The notes: a model not told the origin generated them from the letters alone. 42,777 bases of DNA from Clostridia bacterium (GCA_017414525.1 JAFQLO010000008.1:1-42777), one strand, 5' to 3'. Shown: positions 1 through 9,685, counted from the first letter of the stretch. Numbers and translations are program-made.

Positions 1-1
1 A

Positions 2-1036
2 GCTGGCAAAGGAAACACTACTTATTATAAGAGTGTTATTCAAAACGTCGGACTTGTTATGTTCGTCGGTTCAGTTGGTTTTATTGCTGGTCCTAAATTC
101 TTTAGAGATTTAGCAAAGAACTTTAAAACTTATATCGTAATGGGCGTTTTGATTATCCTTTCTGGTACTGCCGTTGCGGTTATATTTACTATTGCGTCTC
201 CTTACGGTGCAGACTTCTGGGCGGGTATTTTATCTGGTGCGCTCACTTCAACGCCCGGTTACTCAGCTGCTCAAGAAGCTATGGCTCAACTTGGAATGTC
301 CGATACTTTCGTAACCATAGGTCACGCTATTGCTTATCCTTTCGGTGTCGTTGGCGTAGTATTGTTCGTTCAACTTCTTCCTAGATTCGTTAAGGCTGAT
401 ATGGCTTATGAAAGAAGTCTTTTATCTCCAGAAGTAATTGCTTCAACAGAAACGAAAGAAGAAAAGAAGCTCTTTACTTGTGACGATTTTGGTTTTACTG
501 CTATGGCAATTGCAATCGTAGCGGGACTTATCGTTGGCGGTATTAAAATCCCGCTCTTCGGTGGTGTAAACTTCTCTCTTGGAACTACTGGTGGTGTGCT
601 TATTATGTGCCTCGTGTTCGGTCACTTTGGCAGAATCGGCAAGCTCTCAATGGAAGTCCCCGCTGCAACCGTTAAGACCTTAAAAGAACTTGGACTTATG
701 CTCTTCCTTATCGGTGCTGGTGTTGACGGCGGCGTAAGCCTCGTTTCTGCAATCGGTGGTGACGCTAGCATTGTCGCTTGGGGCTTTGTCGGTGGCGCGG
801 TTATGACTATCCTTCCTATGATAATAGGTTTCTTCCTCGGAAAGTCTATTTTGAAACTTCCACTCCTCAACAACCTCGGTTCAATTACTGGTGGTATGAC
901 GAGCACTCCCGCTCTCGGAACTCTTATTAACACCGCTAAAACCGATGACGTTGCAGGTTCATACGCTTCAACTTATCCTATCGCACTCGTGTTAATCGTT
1001 ATTGCTTGTAACTTAATGGTTAACTTATTGATATAA
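2..1036 (+). CDS. AspT/YidE/YbjL-family (aspartate:alanine-exchanger type) permease, 5' end outside the window
   Basis: The frame of the 59..1036 ORF stays open back to nt 2 (AGKGNTTYYKSVIQNVGLV...). The protein is polytopic and hydrophobic with two related halves (GFIAGPKFF... / LFLIGAGVDGG...). The motif GSITGGMTSTPALG is typical of this family. No TrkA_C insert lies between the halves. Confidence 0.6.
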   Translation, partial: AGKGNTTYYKSVIQNVGLVMFVGSVGFIAGPKFFRDLAKNFKTYIVMGVLIILSGTAVAVIFTIASPYGADFWAGILSGALTSTPGYSAAQEAMAQLGMSDTFVTIGHAIAYPFGVVGVVLFVQLLPRFVKADMAYERSLLSPEVIASTETKEEKKLFTCDDFGFTAMAIAIVAGLIVGGIKIPLFGGVNFSLGTTGGVLIMCLVFGHFGRIGKLSMEVPAATVKTLKELGLMLFLIGAGVDGGVSLVSAIGGDASIVAWGFVGGAVMTILPMIIGFFLGKSILKLPLLNNLGSITGGMTSTPALGTLINTAKTDDVAGSYASTYPIALVLIVIACNLMVNLLI

Positions 1037-1050
1037 GATAATTAGCAATA

Positions 1051-1085
1051 AAAAAACCGCTTGGCTTTTCCAAGCGGTTTTTTTA
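1051..1085. terminator. Bidirectional rho-independent terminator between convergent genes
   Basis: Sequence aaaaaaCCGCTTGG-ctttt-CCAAGCGGttttttt: an 8-bp GC-rich stem flanked by an A-run and a T-run. Confidence 0.8.
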
Positions 1086-1096
1086 GTTTAATTAAA

Positions 1097-2527
1097 TTAC
1101 TTTTTATCAATTGAATTTACTGCGTCGGTAATTGCGTTAAAATCAGCCATTTTACCGTATTTGTCGATTTTTAAGCGGTTTACGTCACCGTGGGTAAGAC
1201 AACCGGCGCCGCCCGCACAACCGCCAACGCACGCCATTCCTTCTATAAAGTTTCCGTCTAGAACACGCTTACTTGCTTTTAAGAGGGCAACTCTGCACGC
1301 GTCAATTCCGTCGCAAGGCACTGCTTTTAAGTCAAAACCGTCAATTCCGTGTTCCTTTATGCCTTCCGCAACAGCCTCGGAAAGTCCGCAGCTACGCCCA
1401 AAAATTCTGCCGTAATAAGATGCGCTATTTATGTTTTCCTCTTCAAGTGTGGTAATGTCGATACCTTTGCTGTCAAACAACGCTTGAAGTTCCTCAAAGG
1501 TAACTACGCTGTCGACGTAAGGACTAACCTCTTCGGACTTAAACTCCATTTTCTTTGCCGTGCACGGGCCGATAAAGATAACCTTTGCCGTCGGGTCTTT
1601 TTCCTTTAATATCTTTGAAATGGTAGCCATAGGGGAAAGGTTATGCGATATATATTGTGCTAGGTCTGGGAATTGCTTTTTAACGTAAGAAACGAATGCG
1701 GGACAGCACGAACTCGTTAAAAATCCCTTTTCAACCAGTTCTTTTGCCTCTTCTAGAGCAACTACGTCTGCACCGAGAGCCGCCTCAACCACGTCGTAAA
1801 AGCCTAATTTTTTGATTCCTTTTATTACTTGGCCAAGTTTTGCGTAAACGAACTGGCTAGCAACCGAGGGGGCAATTACTGCGTAAACCTTGTAGTTTTG
1901 GTTATTGTTGCTGTTTTTAATTATATCGATAACGTCTAGAATATACGACTTATCGTTTATTGCGCCCCACGGGCATTGATAAACGCAAGCACCGCAAGCG
2001 ATGCACTTTTCATCGTTGATTTTTGCAGCCTTATTGTCGTCCATAGAAATTGCTTTAACTTTGCACGCACTTTCACACGGACGCTTGTGGTTGATAATTG
2101 CGCTATAAGGGCAAACTTTAGCGCATTGACCGCACTCAACGCACTTTGACTTATCAATGTGCGCTTTTTGGTTGGAATCTATCGTTATCGCGCCTTTTTT
2201 GCAAGCGTCTTCACAGCGGTGAGCAAGACAACCTCTGCAAGCGTCGGTAACCTCGAAACCGCCCATAGGACATTCGTCGCAAGCAATATCTATAACTTCT
2301 ATAACGTTTTTGTTATTCTTATTCCCGCCCATAGCAAGTTTAACGCGCTCGTTTACGATCGCTTGCTCTTTATAGATACAGCAACGCATAGTGGGGGTTT
2401 TCCCCGGAACGATAATTTTTGGAATGTTCGGCAGGTTTTCAGTAAGCGTTCCTTCCCAACTAAACCTTGCAACTTCTCTTAAAACTTTGTATTTTAGATG
2501 TTGAACTTTAGTATCAAATTTTCTCAT
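1097..2527 (-). CDS. Monomeric [FeFe]-hydrogenase-like protein (ferredoxin-type FeS domains plus H-cluster domain)
   Basis: Two CxxCxxCxxxCP ferredoxin motifs are present (CVECGQCAKVCP, CIACGACVYQCP), plus extra Cys clusters. H-cluster signatures are L1 TSSCCPAF, L2 GPCTAKKME and L3 EGMACVGGCAGGAG. Confidence 0.75.
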   Translation of the reverse strand: MRKFDTKVQHLKYKVLREVARFSWEGTLTENLPNIPKIIVPGKTPTMRCCIYKEQAIVNERVKLAMGGNKNNKNVIEVIDIACDECPMGGFEVTDACRGCLAHRCEDACKKGAITIDSNQKAHIDKSKCVECGQCAKVCPYSAIINHKRPCESACKVKAISMDDNKAAKINDEKCIACGACVYQCPWGAINDKSYILDVIDIIKNSNNNQNYKVYAVIAPSVASQFVYAKLGQVIKGIKKLGFYDVVEAALGADVVALEEAKELVEKGFLTSSCCPAFVSYVKKQFPDLAQYISHNLSPMATISKILKEKDPTAKVIFIGPCTAKKMEFKSEEVSPYVDSVVTFEELQALFDSKGIDITTLEEENINSASYYGRIFGRSCGLSEAVAEGIKEHGIDGFDLKAVPCDGIDACRVALLKASKRVLDGNFIEGMACVGGCAGGAGCLTHGDVNRLKIDKYGKMADFNAITDAVNSIDKK

Positions 2528-2539
2528 AATTGCCTCGTA

Positions 2540-3463
2540 TTAAAAGTATTTGCGTTTTGCCTCTTCGATCTTAGAAATAAACTCTTGATCGTGTTTTGAG
2601 AGGTGATATTTTTTTCTGTAAATTAAAACGTCTTTATATGTTTTGGTGTTGAAAGAGCACTTTCTTTCCACCAAATCGTACTTCATTTTTAAGTCTTCTG
2701 GGATAGGGGAAACCCACATAAAAGTGTTTGGAACTTGCTCTAAAAGTGTGAACTGAACTCCCCTTTCAAACACGCTTATGCGCTTTTTAGCAAACTCTGA
2801 TAGCTCCGCTCTTTTTACGTCGATTAAGGGGAGTGAGGGAACGTAAGGGTCGCCGTGAGTTATTTCAATGCAACCGCCCAAATCCTCAGCAAAAATCTCA
2901 GGTTTCGTCGCTAGCGGATTATTCTTTGAAACAGCTAAAACGTAAGAGAATTCATTGAGTACTAAACTGTTTAGTTTCTTCTCTTCAAATAGAGTATTAA
3001 AGTATTTTTCAAAGGCACTTTGATACCTGACGATACCCAAATCGTATTCCTCTTTAACGACGTTAATAATCGCTCGCATAGAGTTTGTTTCTTTATAAAC
3101 TATGTCCGCGCGGGACTCGTTTGCAAGAGATTTTGAAAACTCAGAAAAGGCGTAGGAAAAATAGCTTGCTCTCGGCACGCACACCGAAAACCTAAGGTTC
3201 TTTTCGTTTTTGCTTTCATAAATAGACTCTATTTTTTTAATTTGTGAAAGTGCGTTCTTTGCGTAGAGAAGAAACTCTTCACCCTCAATGGTTATTTCAA
3301 GCCCCTTAGACGAACGCTTGAAAATTTTGATTTTAAGGTCGTTTTCAAGTGCTTTTATTGCCCTTGAAAGGTTTGGCTGAGAGGTGTAAAGATTCTCCGC
3401 TGCTTTACTTATCGAGCGGGTGTTTGCGACTTCTACTGCATATTTGATGTGCACAATATTCAT
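2540..3463 (-). CDS. LysR-family transcriptional regulator
   Basis: N-terminal LysR helix-turn-helix (IKYAVEVANTRSISKAAENLYTSQPNLSRAIKALENDL) followed by a substrate-binding-type C-terminal domain. It sits 12 nt upstream of, and is co-oriented with, the hydrogenase gene. Confidence 0.85.
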   Translation of the reverse strand: MNIVHIKYAVEVANTRSISKAAENLYTSQPNLSRAIKALENDLKIKIFKRSSKGLEITIEGEEFLLYAKNALSQIKKIESIYESKNEKNLRFSVCVPRASYFSYAFSEFSKSLANESRADIVYKETNSMRAIINVVKEEYDLGIVRYQSAFEKYFNTLFEEKKLNSLVLNEFSYVLAVSKNNPLATKPEIFAEDLGGCIEITHGDPYVPSLPLIDVKRAELSEFAKKRISVFERGVQFTLLEQVPNTFMWVSPIPEDLKMKYDLVERKCSFNTKTYKDVLIYRKKYHLSKHDQEFISKIEEAKRKYF

Positions 3464-3798
3464 AAATAGCCTTCCTTATTTACGCTATGTTATATCAACT
3501 ATAAAATTGTGGTTATTATAACATAATTTTTATATCATTTCAACTAAATTAAACGATAATAAAAATTTTTTTATTAAGAAAATTTTTAACGAAGAAAAAT
3601 AGACTAAAAAGTATGTTTTTACTGGTGTTCGTGCTCAAAAAACAAAATAAATATCTCTTAGGAAAAAAGTGGTTAAAATAACACAGTTTTAGGTTAAAGT
3701 TAGCAATTGAATATTGTTGAATGTTGTGATAAAATAAATATCGTATAAGTATGACTAAAATTGTGTAACGCAAATATTTTATTATAAGGAACAAGGTA

Positions 3799-6042
3799 AT
3801 GGCAGAAAAAATTTGGATTGGATACGTAACAGATAAAGACTATGATTTAACTAATCGCAAGCAACTTGAGGGAGCTAGAAGCCCGTATATAAGAAAGACT
3901 TTTAAGTTAAGTGGTGACGTAAAAAAAGCAACTTTAAGCATAAGTGCGCTCGGAATTTACGAGGCTAAAATTAACGGCAAAGACTTGACTGACGGTTTGT
4001 TCTGCCCTGGATATACCGATACTCATCATACTATTTTGTACGACGAATATGACGTTACTAATATGCTCAATAAGGGTGAAAACGCTATCGGCGTAGTGTT
4101 GGGTGACGGTTGGTATGCCGGTTGGATTTCTGGACTCGGGAAGTTCGTTTACGGCTATTATCCGTTAAAATTGTGGTTTGAACTTAACGTGGAATATGCT
4201 GACGGAACAAGCGAGGTTATTAAGACTGACGGAAGCGAAAAGGCGAGCGTCGGGGAGATTTTAGCTAACGATTTCTATAACGGTCAAACGATTGACAGAA
4301 GGGAAGATATCGGCGATTTTTCGCTTGCTAATTTTGACGATTCTGCTTTTGAGGCGGTTGAAACGTTCGATATTGACGTTCCTATGGTTAAAAATTATTT
4401 GCCTCAGGTTAAGACGCACGAGCCGTTAGAGGGTGAGATAATTGCAGAAACCGAGGACAGTATCCTTATCGACTTTAAGAAAAACTGCGCTGCTATTATG
4501 AAACTCGTTGCAGAAGGTGAAAATGGTAGCGAAATAACCGTTAAGTACGCAGAAACTTTAGAAGATGGAGATATATACACTCTTAATTTAAGAGCGGCTC
4601 TCTGCACGGATAAATATATCCTTGGCGGAAAAGGCAAAGAGGAATTTTTGCCTAAGTTTACTTATCACGGTTATAGATACGTTAAGATATTAAAGGATAA
4701 AAACACTAAGATTATCAGCGCGACTACTTATCCCGTTTACAACGATATTCCGTTCACCAGCACGTTTGAATGTTCTAATAAACTTATGAACGATATCCAT
4801 AAGATAACTTTAACGAGTATGACTTCAAACACCGTTTCAATTCCTACCGACTGCCCGCAGAGAAACGAGAGAATGGGCTGGACTGGCGATTCTCAAGCGT
4901 TCTGTGATACGGCTATGTATCTTATGGATTACGGCGATTTTTATAAAAAGCACGTTATGGATATGGTGGACTCAACTAAAGGTAGAGAAGACGGTTTGGT
5001 CGGTGCATTCGTGCCTTACGGTTTCCAGTACGCACTACTTGACGGAATAGTTAGAGCGGGCTTTGCCGCTTGGTCTGACGCGATAGTTATCGTACCTTAT
5101 CAGCACTACCTTTTCTACGGAGATAAGAGCATTTTAACTGAGAATATTTCCACGATGAAAAAACATGTAGATAAGTGCTATTTAGTATCGGAAGACGGCA
5201 TTGCAAGGGTCGGAACTTACGGCGAACACGTCAGTGCTTACGAACAATCGGATCGTCAGGTTTTCTCAACGCTTTACGGCGGTTACACTTCAATGCTTTT
5301 AGCAAAGATTTGCAAGATAATCGGGGATAAAGACGAGCAGAAATATTTGGATTTATACGAGAAAATGAAGGCTGCGTTTAGAAGAGAATTTATCGATTCT
5401 GACGATAGAATTAAGAGTGATACGATGGCTCTTTACGCAGAGGCTTACGACTTTGGATTCGTTGATAAAGAGTTTGCTAAAAAGAACTTAAAGAGAAAAC
5501 TCGAGCAGTTCGATAACCACTGCGTTTGCGGTATGTTCGGCGCAAGACTCATTCTTCCCGTACTTTGTGAATTAGGGTTTAAGGACGAGGCGTTTAAGAT
5601 GATAACGCACACCACTTATCCATCTTGGGGATATATGATTGCTAACGGAGCAACTAGCCTTTGGGAACTTTGGGATAGTAAGGTTGACGGAAAGATGAAC
5701 GCTGAAAAAATTAGTATGAACTCTCTTAACCACTATATGTTCGGCGGTTGCGTAAGATGGTATTACGCTTACGTTTTAGGTATTAGACCTACCGAAGAGG
5801 CTGTTGGCTTTAAGAAGGTTAAAATCGCTCCGATTTTCGTTAAACAGTTAGACTGGGCGAAAGGAAGTTTCAACTCTGCTAGTGGTCTGATTGAATCTAG
5901 TTGGGAAAGAAAAGACGGCGAAGTTACCTTCACTTTAAGTATTCCTAGCGATATGGAATTAGAGTGCGAGTTTGAATTGCCCGCTAAAAATGAAACTAAG
6001 ACCGTTAAGGACGGTAGAACGACTATTATTTGGAAATTTTAA
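3799..6042 (+). CDS. Alpha-L-rhamnosidase, GH78 family, no signal peptide
   Basis: GH78 N-terminal pattern (FKLSGDVKKATLSISALGIYEAKINGKDL) and the hallmark PTDCPQRNERMGWTGDSQ motif. At 747 aa the length is typical of bacterial GH78 enzymes. Confidence 0.85.
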   Translation: MAEKIWIGYVTDKDYDLTNRKQLEGARSPYIRKTFKLSGDVKKATLSISALGIYEAKINGKDLTDGLFCPGYTDTHHTILYDEYDVTNMLNKGENAIGVVLGDGWYAGWISGLGKFVYGYYPLKLWFELNVEYADGTSEVIKTDGSEKASVGEILANDFYNGQTIDRREDIGDFSLANFDDSAFEAVETFDIDVPMVKNYLPQVKTHEPLEGEIIAETEDSILIDFKKNCAAIMKLVAEGENGSEITVKYAETLEDGDIYTLNLRAALCTDKYILGGKGKEEFLPKFTYHGYRYVKILKDKNTKIISATTYPVYNDIPFTSTFECSNKLMNDIHKITLTSMTSNTVSIPTDCPQRNERMGWTGDSQAFCDTAMYLMDYGDFYKKHVMDMVDSTKGREDGLVGAFVPYGFQYALLDGIVRAGFAAWSDAIVIVPYQHYLFYGDKSILTENISTMKKHVDKCYLVSEDGIARVGTYGEHVSAYEQSDRQVFSTLYGGYTSMLLAKICKIIGDKDEQKYLDLYEKMKAAFRREFIDSDDRIKSDTMALYAEAYDFGFVDKEFAKKNLKRKLEQFDNHCVCGMFGARLILPVLCELGFKDEAFKMITHTTYPSWGYMIANGATSLWELWDSKVDGKMNAEKISMNSLNHYMFGGCVRWYYAYVLGIRPTEEAVGFKKVKIAPIFVKQLDWAKGSFNSASGLIESSWERKDGEVTFTLSIPSDMELECEFELPAKNETKTVKDGRTTIIWKF

Positions 6043-6053
6043 GGAGAAAAATT

Positions 6054-8585
6054 ATGGCAGTAAAACAATTAGGAAAGAAGAACGCAGCATTTTCACCTGA
6101 GAAATTTAATAACCCAGGTGGTAAGTATGGCTCTGTTTATAACTGGATTTGGTCAGTGCCTTTAAGTAAGGAAAAAACTGATGAAAGTTTGGAGAAATTT
6201 GCTGAACTGGGCATAACTGGTATCGCAATTATCCCTGAACCTAAAGAGTTTAGACCTACCAGTCAACCTACTTTTTTAGAACCAGGATATTTAACTGACG
6301 CATTTTTCGAGGCTTATAAGTACGCTTTTGAAAAGGCGTTCTCACTCGGTATGACCGCGTGGTTTTACGACGAGGGCGGTTGGCCCAGCGGTATGGCGTG
6401 CGGAAAAGTTATGCTCGCTCACCCAGAAGACGTTAGATACGTTTTGCGCTGTGACGACAAAGAGTGCAAAAAGGGCGAAACATACTCTAAACCCGAAAAG
6501 ATTATGGCGGCGTTTATCGGTGCAACCGAGATTAAAGATGGTTACGTTTTCACCGAAGACACCACCGTTAGCGAATATTATAGACTTCGTGCGTTCTGTT
6601 TGGGCGCAGGTCACCCCGACATTCCCGACTTAACTTATAGAAAGTCTGCGGAGGACTTTATCGAAATGGTTCACGAAGGTCACAAAAAATATATCGGTGA
6701 ACATTTTGGTAGTAAAATAACCGCGGTGTTTACCGATGAGCCCAGCGGACCTCAAATTCCATTTAGAGAGGAATTCGTGGCGGAATTTGAAAGACGTTTG
6801 GGAAAATCTATCGTTCCTTATCTTCCTTATATTGCGGGCAAAGTTCCCCAGACGGAAGAGAGCGCAGAGGTTCGCATTATGTGGTACGATATGTGTAGCG
6901 AATACTTCTGCAAGAACTTCCTCTTGGTAGAAAAGGAATGGACGAATAAAAATAATATGTCTTTTGCTGGTCACCTTAACGGGGACGACAGACCTATGAT
7001 CAATCCTGCTTTTGCTGGTTATCACGTTATGCGTGGTCTTAGATGTTTTGACGTTCCTGGTGTAGACGCTATTTGGCGTCAGATCTTCCCTGCAAAAGCA
7101 AAGCAAGATATAGACGGATTTAACGTTGAGGCGGATAACAAGTTCTTCCCGCGTTACGCGTCTTCTGCGATGACTCAGGTCGGTAGCGACGCTTGTCTTT
7201 CGGAGAGTTTTGGCGTTTATGGAAACAGTTTGGCTTTTGAAGAAATGCGTTACGTTTACGCTTATCAGGCGATAAGAGGGGTTAATATTTACAATCCGAT
7301 GAGTTTAGGATATACTAACGATATCCCGCTTATGATTCCAAGAAGTAGCCCTATGAACGAGAGGTACGCTTGCTCGTTTGCTGATATGAAACCCTTTAAC
7401 AAGTTCGTTGAACGTTTGGGCTACGTTTCATCGCTCGGTGATCCTAATAATAAGATTGCGCTTTACTTCCCGATGTGTGATAGTTGGGCAGCTTACGATA
7501 TTAAACCCGTAATCGACGCTTACGATCAAGCGGGTTGGGATATGGAACAATCTGGGCTTTCATTTGATATTTTCGACGACGAATTTATTGCAACTTGCGA
7601 TAGAGAAGAGTTGAAGAAAGGTAGAGCTGTTATGAACAAGGCTTGCTATACTAGCCTAGTTATTTCTCCCAACAAGTTTATGCCAGAAAAGACCAAGGAA
7701 AACCTAGAAGTTTTCATTAACGGTGGTGGTAAAGTTTTTGTCGTTGAAGGTAAATATACTCCTGAAATTAAGGGTGCAACTTACGTTAAAGATTGCAAGA
7801 ATATTTTGCCTCCTATCGTAGATTTTGATTGTGACGCAACTTACTTTAGAGTATTAGAGCGTGTGTTTGACAACGGTAGAGCGATTATGATTTATAACGA
7901 GAGCGTGGATGCAAAACAGGCAGTTATTAACGTTGGTGAAAAAACTCCGCTCCTTTTAGATATTACCGAAGGCAAAATTAGAAAGCTTGAAAATAACGGC
8001 GGTAAAGTTAAGTTTGATATGCGTTCTGGTGAAATTTTTGCTCTACTTTATACTGATGAGAAGTACGACGCAGAAGAGGAAAAAACTTATAGTGAAACTG
8101 CACTTGACGGCGAATATCTCTTCAAAAAAACTAGACGCTTTAAGATTTACGATATGAGCGTTGATTCTTTCGACATCGAGGAAGATTACGTTAAGGGTGC
8201 TCTAGGCGATTGGAGAGATACGGTTGGTGACGATTTCTCTGGAAGTTGCAAGTATAAAACCACTTTCAAAAAGCCGGCAACCGACGGTGACGTTATAGTC
8301 GATTTGGGTAAGGTTAGAGTATCTTGTGAGGCGTTCGTTAACGGTGAGTCAGTTGGCGTTAGAGTTATGCCTCCTTACCGCTTTAATATCCCCGCAAAAC
8401 TTCTAAAAGATGAAAACGTTTTAGAAGTTAGGGTAAGTAACACCGTTGCAAACGAAAGGGTTCATACGACGACTTTTGAAAAATGGGCAAACTGGCAACG
8501 TTCTCCTTACGAATTAAAGCTTGCAAAATTCGACAAGAGTTCGATGGATAGCGGACTTTTTGGACCAGTTAAAATTTTGTATTAA
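6054..8585 (+). CDS. Glycoside hydrolase-like protein, GH106-type (rhamnosidase-like) with C-terminal jelly-roll sugar-binding domain
   Basis: The start was moved to ATG 6054, which lies 7 nt after AAGGAG. The C-terminus (DLGKVRVSCEAFVNGESVGVRVMPPYRFNIPAKLLKDENVLEVRVSNTVANE...SGLFGPVKIL) matches the jelly-roll tail I associate with GH106-like hydrolases. It is adjacent to GH78. The family assignment is from memory of motifs, not from a search. Confidence 0.55.
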   Translation: MAVKQLGKKNAAFSPEKFNNPGGKYGSVYNWIWSVPLSKEKTDESLEKFAELGITGIAIIPEPKEFRPTSQPTFLEPGYLTDAFFEAYKYAFEKAFSLGMTAWFYDEGGWPSGMACGKVMLAHPEDVRYVLRCDDKECKKGETYSKPEKIMAAFIGATEIKDGYVFTEDTTVSEYYRLRAFCLGAGHPDIPDLTYRKSAEDFIEMVHEGHKKYIGEHFGSKITAVFTDEPSGPQIPFREEFVAEFERRLGKSIVPYLPYIAGKVPQTEESAEVRIMWYDMCSEYFCKNFLLVEKEWTNKNNMSFAGHLNGDDRPMINPAFAGYHVMRGLRCFDVPGVDAIWRQIFPAKAKQDIDGFNVEADNKFFPRYASSAMTQVGSDACLSESFGVYGNSLAFEEMRYVYAYQAIRGVNIYNPMSLGYTNDIPLMIPRSSPMNERYACSFADMKPFNKFVERLGYVSSLGDPNNKIALYFPMCDSWAAYDIKPVIDAYDQAGWDMEQSGLSFDIFDDEFIATCDREELKKGRAVMNKACYTSLVISPNKFMPEKTKENLEVFINGGGKVFVVEGKYTPEIKGATYVKDCKNILPPIVDFDCDATYFRVLERVFDNGRAIMIYNESVDAKQAVINVGEKTPLLLDITEGKIRKLENNGGKVKFDMRSGEIFALLYTDEKYDAEEEKTYSETALDGEYLFKKTRRFKIYDMSVDSFDIEEDYVKGALGDWRDTVGDDFSGSCKYKTTFKKPATDGDVIVDLGKVRVSCEAFVNGESVGVRVMPPYRFNIPAKLLKDENVLEVRVSNTVANERVHTTTFEKWANWQRSPYELKLAKFDKSSMDSGLFGPVKILY

Positions 8586-8594
8586 GAAAATCAC

Positions 8595-8621
8595 AAACCG
8601 CAAGGCAAATACTTGCGGTTT
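8595..8621 (+). terminator. Intercistronic stem-loop without a U-tract (attenuator or mRNA stabiliser)
   Basis: Sequence AAACCGCAAG-gcaaata-CTTGCGGTTT: a 10-bp stem. The downstream sequence is not T-rich. Confidence 0.3.
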
Positions 8622-8647
8622 AACATTGTAAAGCAAGAGGATTTACT

Positions 8648-9523
8648 ATGGAAATTTATTACGCGTTATTTGTATTTTCAATATTTTTAAACTGTGCATC
8701 GAGCATTTTTGGTGGGTTTTACAACAAGAAGATTGAAGGGCTCAAAAACACTTCTTCTCTCTATTCATTCTTGAAACTTGCTGCAATTTTCGCTTTTTGG
8801 TTCGTGCGCTTTGCAATCGATGGGTTTGCGCTAGACGCTGGCGTTTTGTTATACTCTTTGGTGCTTTCCGTTTGTTTCTTCGGTGGCGTTTATGGGTTTA
8901 TTAGTGCGCTTAAAACGGGTTCAAACGTAATTTCAACCCTTATGCTTAACGTTTCGTCTATAATCGTGTCAATTTGGGGAATAATATTTTGGGACCAACC
9001 GTTAACTACGCTTGTGGTCTTAGGACTTATTCTCGTAATCGTTGCAGTATTTTTGTGCTTATATAAGGGGAAAGAGGAAGATAAAAAAGCATCTTTATCT
9101 TGGCTAATGTACCTAGCAATAACCTTTTTCGGCAATGCGGGCTGCGGAATAATTATGAAGGAACAGCAAATTGCGTTTAATAATTTGTATTCGCCATTCT
9201 TTATGATGACGGCGATAGGCATTTGTACGATAGCGGCATTCTTGATGTTCTATTTTGGCGATAGAAGTGATGCAAAAGAACTCATAAAGAGAGCTTGGTA
9301 TTTCCCAGTCGTAGAAGGTCTTTGCAACGCTCTTATGAATATGATTTCGCTAATATTATTAACGACTTCACTATCCATAAACGTGCTTTATCCCGTTCGC
9401 GGAGTTATAACTTTAATGCTAGTTACCATGTTTTCTGCGCTAATATTTAAGGAACGTATGAAGTGGTGGCAATGGATTGGCGTTGCTGTAGGAATAGCCG
9501 CGGTAGGAATTCTATCGATTTAA
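8648..9523 (+). CDS. DMT-superfamily (EamA/GRP-like) 10-TM permease, possibly a sugar (rhamnose) transporter
   Basis: 291 aa, almost entirely hydrophobic, with about 10 predicted helices in two similar halves. It lies immediately downstream of two rhamnosidase-type genes. The substrate is inferred only from this context. Confidence 0.55.
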   Translation: MEIYYALFVFSIFLNCASSIFGGFYNKKIEGLKNTSSLYSFLKLAAIFAFWFVRFAIDGFALDAGVLLYSLVLSVCFFGGVYGFISALKTGSNVISTLMLNVSSIIVSIWGIIFWDQPLTTLVVLGLILVIVAVFLCLYKGKEEDKKASLSWLMYLAITFFGNAGCGIIMKEQQIAFNNLYSPFFMMTAIGICTIAAFLMFYFGDRSDAKELIKRAWYFPVVEGLCNALMNMISLILLTTSLSINVLYPVRGVITLMLVTMFSALIFKERMKWWQWIGVAVGIAAVGILSI

Positions 9524-9545
9524 TAAAAGGCTCTGTCCCAAACTC

Positions 9546-9685
9546 TGACTGATTTTTGGCGGAAAAATGCTGCGAATTACTTCGCGTTTTTCTCGACAAC
9601 ATACCGCTACGGGTATGCTCTCGTGAAACAACACTCGTTCTTCTTGTATTTTCCTCGCCAAAATCAAAAAAGTTTTTATCAGTCA
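9546..9685. repeat. About 140-bp element bounded by imperfect inverted repeats (MITE/REP-like or a structured RNA)
   Basis: The left arm is TGACTGAT-TTTTGGCGGAAAAAT (9546-9568). The reverse complement of the right arm (9648-9685) is TGACTGAT-[14 nt]-TTTTGGCGAGGAAAAT. The core contains the hairpin CATACC-gctacg-GGTATG. The element is GC-richer than the surrounding intergenic DNA. Confidence 0.45.

Noticed and set aside
443-2482. Antisense and alternative-frame ORFs within the permease and hydrogenase genes (443..625, 622..933, 1161..1415, 1273..1455, 1349..1609, 1957..2157, 2159..2482)
   Set aside because: They are fully nested in genes with strong family signatures on the opposite strand or in another frame. 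They have no start context and their composition is Pro/Arg/Ser-rich and nonsensical.
3490-3504. TTATA-N5-TATAA (T-N11-A-like) box just upstream of the LysR gene, as a possible LysR autoregulatory site
   Set aside because: The region is so AT-rich that short AT palindromes are expected by chance. I cannot support it without comparative or binding data.
3549-3794. 81-aa ORF on the minus strand in the LysR/GH78 intergenic region
   Set aside because: It is an AT-rich spacer and the translation is low-complexity, rich in Phe, Ile, Asn and Lys. There is no ribosome-binding site. It is most likely promoter DNA for the divergent genes.
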